Shown: positions 10,772 through 20,235 of the stretch, piece by piece | Numbering within the stretch: position 1 is the stretch's first letter | Layout of the letters: each line of letters opens with the position of its first letter | Origin: Gammaproteobacteria bacterium | Lineage (GTDB): Bacteria > Pseudomonadota > Gammaproteobacteria > Burkholderiales > Gallionellaceae | Assembly: GCA_018813765.1 (NCBI GenBank) | Contig: JAHJBC010000010.1 | Span: 67,096 to 131,095, forward strand | Reading direction: 5' to 3' | Length of the DNA stretch: 64,000 nucleotides | Translations under genes and position numbers: made by a program | Notes under the pieces: model-generated | Databases searched by the model: none | Told to the model about the DNA's origin: nothing | What the model saw: the letters and a program-made list of their open reading frames with translations, nothing else

Positions 10772-10869
10772 CTAAGGGCGCACCTCTGACACGTTACTGG
10801 CGAAGCCAGCCGTTTGCGGGAAGAGGTGCAGGGCAGCCATTCCCGAATCTATCACTTTCACAAACCGCA

Positions 10870-11547
10870 TCATGGCTGCCTCTGCAGTACGTTGGAAAAC
10901 TCTTCGATGAAGCTGTCGAAGCGCGAAGACAGGCGCGAAACGTCATGCACATAGCGGTTGTACGCCACCACCGCCGGGATCGCGGCGAACAATCCCATCG
11001 CGGTCGCCACCAGCGCTTCGGCAATGCCGGGCGCCACATGCGCCAGCGTCGCCTGTCCCACGTTGGACAGTCCACGGAACGCATTCATGATGCCCCACAC
11101 CGTGCCGAACAGGCCGACATAGGGGCTGACCGAACCGACAGTAGCGAGAAAGGAGAGATGCGATTCGAGATGATCCACCTCGCGCTGGTATTTGGCGCGC
11201 ATGGCGCGGCGCGTGCCGTCCATCACAGCGGCAGTGTCCACCCCGTGAGTCTTCCGCAGCTTGACGAATTCGGCAAACCCCGCCGCGAAGATATGCTCCA
11301 GCGCGCCGACATCGCGCCTGGCCTTGCTGATCGCCTGCTGGTAGAGCGCATTCAGGTTCGGATTGCCCCAGAATGCTTCCTCGAACTCGTGTGCCTGTTT
11401 CACCGCCGCACGCACCGCAAACATCTTGAGAAAGATGTACCACCACGACATCATCGACACCAGCAACAACAGCCCCATCACCAACTGCACCAGCAGGCTG
11501 GCATTGGCGACCAGCTGGATGAACGACATATCTCCGATCAGTTCCAT
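10870..11547 (-). CDS. tolQ: Tol-Pal proton channel protein TolQ (MotA/ExbB family)
   Basis: 225 aa with three TM helices and a conserved C-terminal half (GLFGTVWGIMNAF, PGIAEALVATAMGLFAAIPAV). Confidence 0.93.
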   Translation of the reverse strand: MELIGDMSFIQLVANASLLVQLVMGLLLLVSMMSWWYIFLKMFAVRAAVKQAHEFEEAFWGNPNLNALYQQAISKARRDVGALEHIFAAGFAEFVKLRKTHGVDTAAVMDGTRRAMRAKYQREVDHLESHLSFLATVGSVSPYVGLFGTVWGIMNAFRGLSNVGQATLAHVAPGIAEALVATAMGLFAAIPAVVAYNRYVHDVSRLSSRFDSFIEEFSNVLQRQP

Positions 11548-11548
11548 A

Positions 11549-11948
11549 TCAATCTTTCCATTGATTGCGCAACACTTCCGGCACGCTCACCGGTTTGAAG
11601 GTCTTCACGTCCACACACACCAGATGCACCTCGCCCTCGGTCAGCACCTCTTCCCCGCGCAGAATGGTCTGGTCCAGCGTCACCCGGCTGCGCCCGATCT
11701 CCTTGATCTGCGCGGTCACGTTCACCAGATCGTCGAGAAATGCGGGTTTCAGGTAATCCAGTTTGATCGAGCGCACCACGAACATCACACCCAGCTTGTT
11801 CATCATGTCCATGTGGCTGTAGATATGCTCGCGCAACCACTCAGTCCGCGCGCGCTCCATAAAGTTCACGTAATTCGCGTGATAAACCACGCCGCCCGCG
11901 TCGGTGTCCTGGAAATACACCCGTACCGGCAAGGAGAAAATCTTGTGT

Positions 11949-11956
<8 letters not shown>
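11549..11956 (-). CDS. ybgC: tol-pal-associated acyl-CoA thioesterase YbgC (hotdog fold)
   Basis: Start at 11956 gives 135 aa ([29 protein letters not shown]). The longer ORF-track extension would overlap ruvB. Confidence 0.88.
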
Positions 11957-13000
<1,044 letters not shown>

Positions 13001-13004
<4 letters not shown>

Positions 13005-13582
13005 GCTTTGGATAATAACTTAAGCGCCTGCCTGATGCCGCCCGAGACATCGGCATCCTTGGGCAACTGCTTCGCCGCCCAGTCTGCTTCTTTCTCGTTG
13101 TAGCCCAATGCCAGCAGCGCGTTGACGATGTCGCTGCCGGACGAAGCAACCACTGTGCCTTGCGCAGTGGTTGCGCCCGCCACCGAAAACTTGCCCTGCA
13201 ATTCCAGCAGCAGGCGCTCGGCGGTCTTCTTGCCGACGCCGGGGATTTTGGTGAGGCGCGATGCATCCTTGTTCGCCACCGCCGCGGCAAGGTCGCCGAT
13301 GCTCAGGCCGGACAACACCGACAGCGCGAGCTTGGGGCCGACGCCGCTGATCTTGAGCAACTGGCGGAAGGCGATGCGTTCTTCATGGGTGGCGAAGCCG
13401 TATAAAAGTTGCGCGTCTTCGCGCACCACGAAATGCGTGTGCAGCACCACTTTCTCGTTCAACGCGGGCAGGTTGTAGAACGTGCTCATCGGCACGTCCA
13501 CCTCGTAACCCACACCCTGCACGTCGAGCAATATCTGCGGCGGGTTCTTCTCCAGCAGGACGCCGCTCAGTCTTCCGATCAT
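13001..13582 (-). CDS. ruvA: Holliday junction DNA-binding protein RuvA
   Basis: In-frame ATG at 13582 gives 193 aa ([28 protein letters not shown]) with HhH motifs ([21 protein letters not shown]). The upstream ORF-track extension is overlapped by the prenyltransferase gene. Confidence 0.94.
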
Positions 13583-14529
13583 GTGTTTCCCTTGGTCAAT
13601 ATCATCGCCACCGACAGCAGCGCACCGTGCACCATCATCGCGCCGATGGTTGCCTTGATCGCTTCGCCCAGTTGCTGCGGCTGGGCGGCGTGGCGGAACA
13701 GCAGGCGCGCGGCTTTCACGCTCAGCGGCAAAGCCAGGAAGGCGGCCAGCGCCCACAGCGGCAACCAGCCCAGCAGCACACTGACCAGCAGCCATATATA
13801 AGACAAGGCCGCGATCAGCACATAGCCCCAGCGCGCCTTGCCCACATCGAGCCGCGCCACCCAGTGCAGCTTGCCTGCCGCGGTGTCCGCGGTGCGGTCG
13901 GGGAACTGGTTGATGTAGAGCAGGTTGGCGACCAGCAACGCATAGGACATGCCCGCGATAAACGGCTCCGCACTGAAGCCTTTGCGCTGCACGAAATCGG
14001 TGCCGACGGTGATGGCGAGGAAGCCCGCCGCCACGCACAGTTCACCCAGCCCGCGACTGTTCAATCGGAACGGCGGCGCGGAGTAGGCCCAGCCGATGAA
14101 CAGCCCGGCAAGTCCGACATACAGCAGTTGCGGTGCGGAACGCGCCATCAGCCACAGTCCGGCGGCGGCCACGCAGGCCATCAGCGCGAAGCCGTAGTTG
14201 CGCATCTCGTTCTGCGTCATCACGCCGTTCTGGATGAAGCGGCTGCCGCCGGTGAAAGGGAAGATGCGCTCAGTATTCTGCGCGTCGGTTCCGTTGAGCG
14301 AATCGTAGTAATCGTTGAGCACGTTCACCCCGGCATGCGCCAGCAGAGCGAACAATGCGGTGACCAGTGCCAGCGGGATGTCGAACACGAGATCGCTGTG
14401 CCAGGCAGCTGCCAATCCAAGCAGGCAGGCCATCAGGCTCGCCGTCAGGAACGGGGGTCGGGTCGCGGCAACATAGCGCGCGACGGGATTGGCAAAAAGT
14501 TCCAGCGTCGGTTCCAGCGGCTGCGTCAT
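13579..14529 (-). CDS. UbiA-superfamily prenyltransferase, MenA-like
   Basis: 316 aa and polytopic. Asp-rich motifs [11 protein letters not shown] and [10 protein letters not shown]. 4-nt overlaps with both ruvC (upstream) and ruvA (downstream). Confidence 0.85.
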   Translation of the reverse strand: MTQPLEPTLELFANPVARYVAATRPPFLTASLMACLLGLAAAWHSDLVFDIPLALVTALFALLAHAGVNVLNDYYDSLNGTDAQNTERIFPFTGGSRFIQNGVMTQNEMRNYGFALMACVAAAGLWLMARSAPQLLYVGLAGLFIGWAYSAPPFRLNSRGLGELCVAAGFLAITVGTDFVQRKGFSAEPFIAGMSYALLVANLLYINQFPDRTADTAAGKLHWVARLDVGKARWGYVLIAALSYIWLLVSVLLGWLPLWALAAFLALPLSVKAARLLFRHAAQPQQLGEAIKATIGAMMVHGALLSVAMILTKGNT

Positions 14530-15044
14530 ACCAGTCTTCCTCCTCGAACTCGAAAACCCTTGGTCGCCAGTGCGCCCAATCCCATGCCGCCGTGTGCATG
14601 GCAGATCGCGCAGGCCAGCGCATCCGCCGCATCCGGACTCGGTGTGCCCGACAACTTCAGCAGGCGTTGCACCATCGCCTGCACCTGTTCCTTATCTGCG
14701 TGGCCGTTGCCGACCACCGCCTGCTTCACCTGCAGCGCGGTGTATTCCGCGACCGGCAAGTCCGCCAATACCGCCGCGCAGATCGCCGCGCCGCGCGCCT
14801 GGCCCAGCAACAATGTGGATTGCGGGTTCACATTCACGAACACCTTCTCCACCGCCACTTGTTGCGGCTGGTGCTGCGCGATGACTTCACTCAATCCGGC
14901 CAGGATCACTTTCAATCGCTCCGGCAATTCGCCATCCGGCGTCTTGATGCAACCGCTGGCGACGTATTGAAGGTGCTGGCCTTCTTTATCGATGACGCCG
15001 AACCCGGTGATGCGCAGGCCGGGGTCGATGCCGAGTATCCTCAT
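14526..15044 (-). CDS. ruvC: crossover junction endodeoxyribonuclease RuvC
   Basis: 172 aa. Motifs [16 protein letters not shown] and a C-terminal [13 protein letters not shown]. Confidence 0.95.
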   Translation of the reverse strand: MRILGIDPGLRITGFGVIDKEGQHLQYVASGCIKTPDGELPERLKVILAGLSEVIAQHQPQQVAVEKVFVNVNPQSTLLLGQARGAAICAAVLADLPVAEYTALQVKQAVVGNGHADKEQVQAMVQRLLKLSGTPSPDAADALACAICHAHGGMGLGALATKGFRVRGGRLV

Positions 15045-15769
15045 TACTCTTGGAGGACCGCGTTGGTAAAGACCTCCTGCACATCACCGAGGTCTTCCAG
15101 CGCATCCAGCAGCTTCTGCATCTTCACCGCGTCGTCGCCGCTGAATTCCACGTCGGTATCCGCCTTCATGGTGACCTCGGCCATCTCGGGTTTGAAGCCC
15201 GCCGCTTCCAGGCGCTGCTTCACCGCAACAAAATCATGGGGCGAGGTGATGACTTCGATGCTGCCGTCGTCGTTGTTGACGATGTCTTCCGCGCCAGCAT
15301 CCAGCGCCACTTCCATCAGCGCGTTCTCGTCGGTGCCGGGAGCGAAGATCATCTGGCCGCAATGCTTGAACAGGAAGGAGACGGAACCGTCGGTGCCGAG
15401 GTTGCCGCCGTATTTGACGAAGGCGTGGCGCACGTCGGCCACGGTGCGTGTCTTGTTGTCGGTCATGCAGTCCACGATCACGGCCGCACCGTTGATGCCG
15501 TAGCCCTCGTAGCGCAACTCCATGTAGTCCACGCCTTCCAGCTCGCCCGCACCGCGCTTGATGGCGCGCTCGACGTTGTCCTTGGGCATGTTCTGGTCAT
15601 AGGCCTTTTCCATCGCCAGGCGCAGGCGCGGGTTGATGTCCGGATCGCTTCCGCCCAGCTTGGCCGCGACGGTGATCTCCTTGATCAGGCGGGTGAATAC
15701 CTGCCCGCGTTTGGCGTCCTGGCGCCCTTTACGGTGCTGGATGTTGGCCCATTTGCTGTGTCCTGCCAT
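15044..15769 (-). CDS. yebC: YebC/PmpR-family DNA-binding transcriptional regulator
   Basis: 241 aa. N-terminus [22 protein letters not shown]. Confidence 0.94.
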   Translation of the reverse strand: MAGHSKWANIQHRKGRQDAKRGQVFTRLIKEITVAAKLGGSDPDINPRLRLAMEKAYDQNMPKDNVERAIKRGAGELEGVDYMELRYEGYGINGAAVIVDCMTDNKTRTVADVRHAFVKYGGNLGTDGSVSFLFKHCGQMIFAPGTDENALMEVALDAGAEDIVNNDDGSIEVITSPHDFVAVKQRLEAAGFKPEMAEVTMKADTDVEFSGDDAVKMQKLLDALEDLGDVQEVFTNAVLQE

Positions 15770-15921
15770 GTTTCGTCCTTGCTGTATTCAATATGCCGGA
15801 TGGTAACATTTCACGGCACGCGCTCCAAAACACGCTACAAGTGCTGAAACGCAGCCGCCACGGACAATTTCCCGCGGGCTGCGGCTATAATCTCCGCACA
15901 CGCCACCCCGAGGAGCAAGCC

Positions 15922-16233
15922 ATGAATATCCGCCAGTTTTCGATCCTGACCGCCAGCCTGCTTATATCGGCAAATGCCTTTGCCGACGAGGCCTTGCTCA
16001 GAAAGAGCGGCTGTTTCGCCTGCCATCAGGTGGACAAGAAGGTCGTCGGCCCGGCGCTCAAGGATATCGCTGCCAAATACAAGGGCGACAAAGGCGCCGT
16101 CGCCACACTGGCGAAAAAGGTTCGCGCGGGCGGTTCCGGCACCTGGGGCACGACACCGATGGCTCCGGCCCCTGCAACCGTGAGTGACGACGACCTGAAA
16201 ACAGCGATCGCTTACATCCTCACTCTCAAGTAA
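15922..16233 (+). CDS. small soluble cytochrome c (c551/c552-like)
   Basis: ATG at 15922 is preceded by AGGAG. 103 aa with a signal peptide, a CFACH haem motif and a distal Met (TPMAP). Confidence 0.88.
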   Translation: MNIRQFSILTASLLISANAFADEALLRKSGCFACHQVDKKVVGPALKDIAAKYKGDKGAVATLAKKVRAGGSGTWGTTPMAPAPATVSDDDLKTAIAYILTLK

Positions 16234-16250
16234 TCAGACGGACACAAAAA

Positions 16251-16285
16251 CGAACAGGCCAGCTTGAAGCCGGCCTGTTCGTTTT
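16251..16285. terminator. bidirectional rho-independent terminator between convergent genes
   Basis: The sequence aaaaacgaacaggccagc-ttgaa-gccggcctgttcgtttt forms a GC-rich stem. It is flanked by an A-run on one side and a T-run on the other. Confidence 0.7.
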
Positions 16286-16305
16286 CTACTACCGTTATCC
16301 GGCAA

Positions 16306-16815
16306 TCACTTGCCGTCGCTCTTCATCTTTCCGGTATCACATTTGTCGCGCAGGTTCTGGTGCATCTGCTTCATGCCAGCCGTCATTTCATCCATGGAAA
16401 GCTTGCCGTCCTTGCTGGTGTCGTATTCGTCGAAATGGGCGAATGCCATCGGCATGCCGATCTCGGCCTCGTCCTTGCCCAGCATGCCGTCGCCATTGAC
16501 ATCGACTTCCTTGAAACGCTGTTCGAACATCAGGCCACCGCCCATCATCGGCCCTTTCGGCCCCATTCCGCCGCGCATGCCGCCACCCATCTCGTCCTGG
16601 GCGAGCTTGCCGTCTTTGTTGGCGTCCAGTTCCTTGAAACGCGCGTCATGGAACACCTCAAATTCTTTCTTGCTGACGGCGCCGTCGCCGTTTTTGTCCA
16701 TTTCCTTGAAATGGATGCCTCCGTATGCACCGCAGGGCTTCATTCCGCACGCCTGTGCCAGCGGGGCTACGCATACCAGGCCTGCGGCCACGAATAAAGT
16801 CGATAAAGCTTTCAT
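16306..16815 (-). CDS. periplasmic EF-hand calcium-binding protein
   Basis: Start at 16815 gives 169 aa with a signal peptide. Four EF-hand loops (DKNGDGAVSKKE, DANKDGKLAQDE, DVNGDGMLGKDE, DTSKDGKLSMDE). Gly/Met-rich linker. Confidence 0.85.
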   Translation of the reverse strand: MKALSTLFVAAGLVCVAPLAQACGMKPCGAYGGIHFKEMDKNGDGAVSKKEFEVFHDARFKELDANKDGKLAQDEMGGGMRGGMGPKGPMMGGGLMFEQRFKEVDVNGDGMLGKDEAEIGMPMAFAHFDEYDTSKDGKLSMDEMTAGMKQMHQNLRDKCDTGKMKSDGK

Positions 16816-17009
16816 TGTTCTCTCCAGAGTGATTGTCGGCCCGCCCGAATGGCGGGCAGTGCGATACGGACAGGTTAACATGAACGAAGTTCAGCGACAG
16901 TCCGGCGGGGTATAATCCGCGGGAATTTTTTCAGCACCTCCCAATGGGCTTAACCCAAGATTTCATCTGTGATCCTTAATATAGATACGCCCATTTCCCT
17001 CTCCACAAT

Positions 17010-17035
17010 CCTCTCCCGCAAGCGGGCGAGGAGGC
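17010..17035. repeat. REP-like hairpin (cctctcccgc-aa-gcgggcgagg)
   Basis: Imperfect 10-bp stem in a divergent intergenic region. Shares its core (cccgcaagcggg) with the arms of the element at 41023-41137. Confidence 0.5.
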
Positions 17036-17063
17036 AAACGAACGCTGCGCAAATTTTCCATCA

Positions 17064-18911
17064 ATGAACATATTTTACGAAGAAGACGGCGGTTTCAAGG
17101 TGGGGAATATCCTCACCGACAACACCACCTCTCTGCAGGTCGAGAACACCCACGGCAAGCGCAGCAAGATCAAATCGGCCAACGTGATGCTGCGTTTCGC
17201 CCAGCCCGGCCTGTCCGAATTCATGACGCAGGCGGAGCAGGTGGCCGCCGACATCGACGTGGATTTCCTGTGGGAAGCCTCGCCGCAGGACGAATTCGAG
17301 TTCGGCTCCCTGGCGCAGGAATATTTCGGTCACACGCCGAACCCCATCGAAGCGGCAGGGGCATTGATCCGCCTGCATGGGTCGCCCATGCATTTCTACA
17401 AGAAGGGCAAGGGCCGCTACAAGGCCGCACCGCCCGACGCGTTGAAGTCGGCGCTCGCCAGCGCGGAAAAGAAACGACTGCTGGCCGAACAGCAGGCACG
17501 CTACACCGAACAACTCGGCAACTTCGAGTTGCCGGCCGAGTTCGCCGACAAGCTGGCGATGATCCTGTACAAGCCGGACCGCAACACCATCGAGGTCAAG
17601 GCGCTGGAAGCGGCGTGTGCGCACACCCACCTGTCCGCCGCCCACCTGCTGGAAAAGTGCGGCGCCCTGCCTTCCACTCACGATTTCCACCTGAACAAGT
17701 TCCTGTTCGAATACTTTCCCAAGGGCATCGACTTCCCCGCGGTGACGGTGGATGAGCATCCCGAGCTGCCGCTGGCCGGGGTCAACGCCTTCAGCATCGA
17801 CGACGCCAGCACCACCGAGATCGACGACGCCTTCTCGCTCGAACAACTGGCGAGCGGCAATTGGCGCATCGGCATCCACATCGCCGCGCCCACGCTGGGC
17901 ATCGTGCCCGGTTCCGAGATCGACGGCATCGCCGCACAGCGCATGTCCACCGTGTATATGCCGGGCGACAAGATCACCATGCTGCCGGACAACGTGGTGC
18001 AGTCCTTCACGCTGTGCGCGGACCGGGTCAGTCCCGCACTCTCCCTGTATGTGGAGGTGAACGAGGCGCTGGAGATCGTGAACAGCGAGAGCCGCATCGA
18101 ACGCCTGCACATCGCCGCCAACCTGCGCCACGACACGCTGGAACCGCTGTTCAACGAAGAGTCGCTGGCGGCAGGCAAGCTCGATTACGCCTACGCGCCC
18201 GAGCTCAAACTGCTGTGGGACTTCGCGCAGAAGCTGGAGGCCGGTCGCGGCAAGTCCGCCGACAACAGCACGCAGCAGGTCGACTACATCTTCCAGGTGG
18301 AGAACGACCGCATCACCATCGGCCAGCGCCTGCGCGGCTCGCCCATCGACAAGGTCGTGTCCGAGTTAATGATTCTGGCCAACAGCAGTTGGGGCAAACT
18401 GCTCGACGACAACGGCGTCGCCGGCATCTACCGCACGCAGAACAACGGCAAGGTGAAGATGAGTACTGTCGCCGCGCCGCACCAGGGACTGGGTGTGGCA
18501 CATTACGCCTGGTCGAGTTCGCCGTTGCGCCGCTATGTGGACCTCGTCAACCAGCGCCAGATCATCAGCGTGCTGCGCGGCGAGCCGCCCGCCTACGCCA
18601 AGAACGACGCCACTCTGTTCGCCATCCTGAGCGGTTTCGACACTGCCTATACCGCCTATGCCGAATTCCAGCGCGAGATGGAACGCTATTGGTGCCTGCG
18701 CTGGCTGCTGCAGGAGAACATCAAACAGGTGCCAGCCACCGTGCTGCGCGAGAACCTGGTCAAGCTCGTCGATATCCCGTTGGTCGGCCGCATCCCGTCG
18801 CTGCCGGAAACGCCGCCCAACACCAGGGTCACGCTTGAGATCGGCGATATCGATCTGCTCGACCTGAATTTCGATGCGCGCTACGTGGCCGCAGTGGAAG
18901 CCGTCGCATGA
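17064..18911 (+). CDS. RNB-domain 3'-5' exoribonuclease (RNase II family)
   Basis: 615 aa. RNB active-site region FSIDDASTTEIDDAFS. C-terminal region with SSPLRRYVDL. Confidence 0.88.
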   Translation: MNIFYEEDGGFKVGNILTDNTTSLQVENTHGKRSKIKSANVMLRFAQPGLSEFMTQAEQVAADIDVDFLWEASPQDEFEFGSLAQEYFGHTPNPIEAAGALIRLHGSPMHFYKKGKGRYKAAPPDALKSALASAEKKRLLAEQQARYTEQLGNFELPAEFADKLAMILYKPDRNTIEVKALEAACAHTHLSAAHLLEKCGALPSTHDFHLNKFLFEYFPKGIDFPAVTVDEHPELPLAGVNAFSIDDASTTEIDDAFSLEQLASGNWRIGIHIAAPTLGIVPGSEIDGIAAQRMSTVYMPGDKITMLPDNVVQSFTLCADRVSPALSLYVEVNEALEIVNSESRIERLHIAANLRHDTLEPLFNEESLAAGKLDYAYAPELKLLWDFAQKLEAGRGKSADNSTQQVDYIFQVENDRITIGQRLRGSPIDKVVSELMILANSSWGKLLDDNGVAGIYRTQNNGKVKMSTVAAPHQGLGVAHYAWSSSPLRRYVDLVNQRQIISVLRGEPPAYAKNDATLFAILSGFDTAYTAYAEFQREMERYWCLRWLLQENIKQVPATVLRENLVKLVDIPLVGRIPSLPETPPNTRVTLEIGDIDLLDLNFDARYVAAVEAVA

Positions 18912-19780
18912 GCGGCATGTTCGCCAATGCGGCCGGGCTGTTGAAGCAACCGATCACGTTCGGGGTCGCGTTCTCCATCTCGCTGCACGCATTCCTGCTG
19001 TTCGGCATCGCGCTCGTGCTGCCCGACATCAAGCAGATCCCCGTCATCAGCCAGCCGCTGGAAGTGGTGCTGGTCAACAGTGCCTCGCGCAACCGCCCCA
19101 GCAACGCCAGCGCCTATGCGCAGAGCAACCTGGACGGTGGCGGCAACTTTGACGCCGAACGCCGCGCCAAGACACCGTTCCCGGTGCTGGGCAATGACAA
19201 ACGTTTCACCCCGGAGCAAACCACCCAGCGCCTGCGCCAGTTGGAGCAGGAGACCAAACGCATGCTCACGCGCGACAAGAGCGACTACCGCGTGGCCGAA
19301 GAAATGGACCTCAAGCACCAGACCAGCGACAACGCCAACGGCCATGAGCTGGTGCAGCGCTCGCTGGAGATCGCGCGGCTGGAAGCGCAGATCAGCAAGA
19401 GCCTGGACATGTACGAGAAAATGCCGCGACGCAAGTTCATCGGCGCGCGCACGCAGGAATACCGCTATGCCCAGTATGTTGAAGACTGGCGCGCCAAGGT
19501 CGAGCGCATCGGCAACCTCAACTATCCCGAGATCGCCCGCCGCGAGAAGATTTACGGCAAGCTCACGCTCACCGTCTCCATCCGCGCCGACGGCAGCGTG
19601 GAAAGCATCGAGATCAACCGCCCTTCCGGACAGCGCATCCTCGATGCCTCCGCCGTCCGCATCGTCAAACTCTCCGCCCCCTTTGCGCCCTTCCCGCCCG
19701 ACATCCGCAAGGAACTCGACATCCTCCACATCACCCGCACCTGGATATTCACCAGCACGGACCGGCTGGAATCAGAGTAG
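18908..19780 (+). CDS. TonB-family protein (TM anchor plus TonB C-terminal domain)
   Basis: 290 aa. ATGA overlap with the RNB gene. N-terminal TM helix. C-terminus YPEIARREKIYGKLTLTVSIRADGSVESIEINRPSG. Confidence 0.8.
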   Translation: MSGMFANAAGLLKQPITFGVAFSISLHAFLLFGIALVLPDIKQIPVISQPLEVVLVNSASRNRPSNASAYAQSNLDGGGNFDAERRAKTPFPVLGNDKRFTPEQTTQRLRQLEQETKRMLTRDKSDYRVAEEMDLKHQTSDNANGHELVQRSLEIARLEAQISKSLDMYEKMPRRKFIGARTQEYRYAQYVEDWRAKVERIGNLNYPEIARREKIYGKLTLTVSIRADGSVESIEINRPSGQRILDASAVRIVKLSAPFAPFPPDIRKELDILHITRTWIFTSTDRLESE

Positions 19781-20008
19781 CGCCCCGAGCAGTGAGCAGG
19801 GGCCCCGCACAGCGGGGATGTGAACGTCCGCGAGTGGGCGCTGGGCCGCCGAATTTGCCGTACTAAATTCCTACTCCGATTCGATCTGAAGCGGCGCCCC
19901 GAGCAGTGAGCAGGGGCCCCGCGCAGCGGGGATGTGAACGTCCGCGAGTGGGCGCTGGCCGCCGAATCTGCCGTGCTGAATTTCTACTCCGGTTCGATCT
20001 GAGGAGGC
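19781..20008. repeat. tandem direct repeat, 2 copies of about 114 bp
   Basis: Copy 1 spans 19781-19894 and copy 2 spans 19895 to about 20007. The first ~63 nt are almost identical and the rest has diverged (about 8 substitutions plus 1 indel by eye). Each copy contains the hairpin ccccgc-aca/gca-gcgggg. Confidence 0.85.
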
Positions 20009-20235
20009 GCCGACCACCACCGTTCTCTCGATAGCATTCTGCTCGCCAGATATCTGGCAGCCCCGGGGCTGCAACCGCTCCAGCGCAAGCGGCAGTAGTT
20101 CCAGATGAAACGAGCAAGACCGACGATTCCGTTCAGCATGATCGCTCCTTTCCATTCCGGGATTCTGACCTCAAGCGAAGGCAGGCCATGCGATGCGCCC
20201 GTTCACACAAGCCAATGGCCACAGCGCTAATGATT

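Noticed and set aside
13583-14038. N-terminal extension of the ruvA ORF (345-aa track entry)
   Set aside because: The extension is Arg/Gly/Ala-rich and fully overlapped by the MenA-like gene in another frame. ATG 13582 gives a canonical 193-aa RuvA.
19781-20008. Possible CRISPR array
   Set aside because: There are only two directly abutting 114-bp copies with no spacers, and no cas genes in the window.
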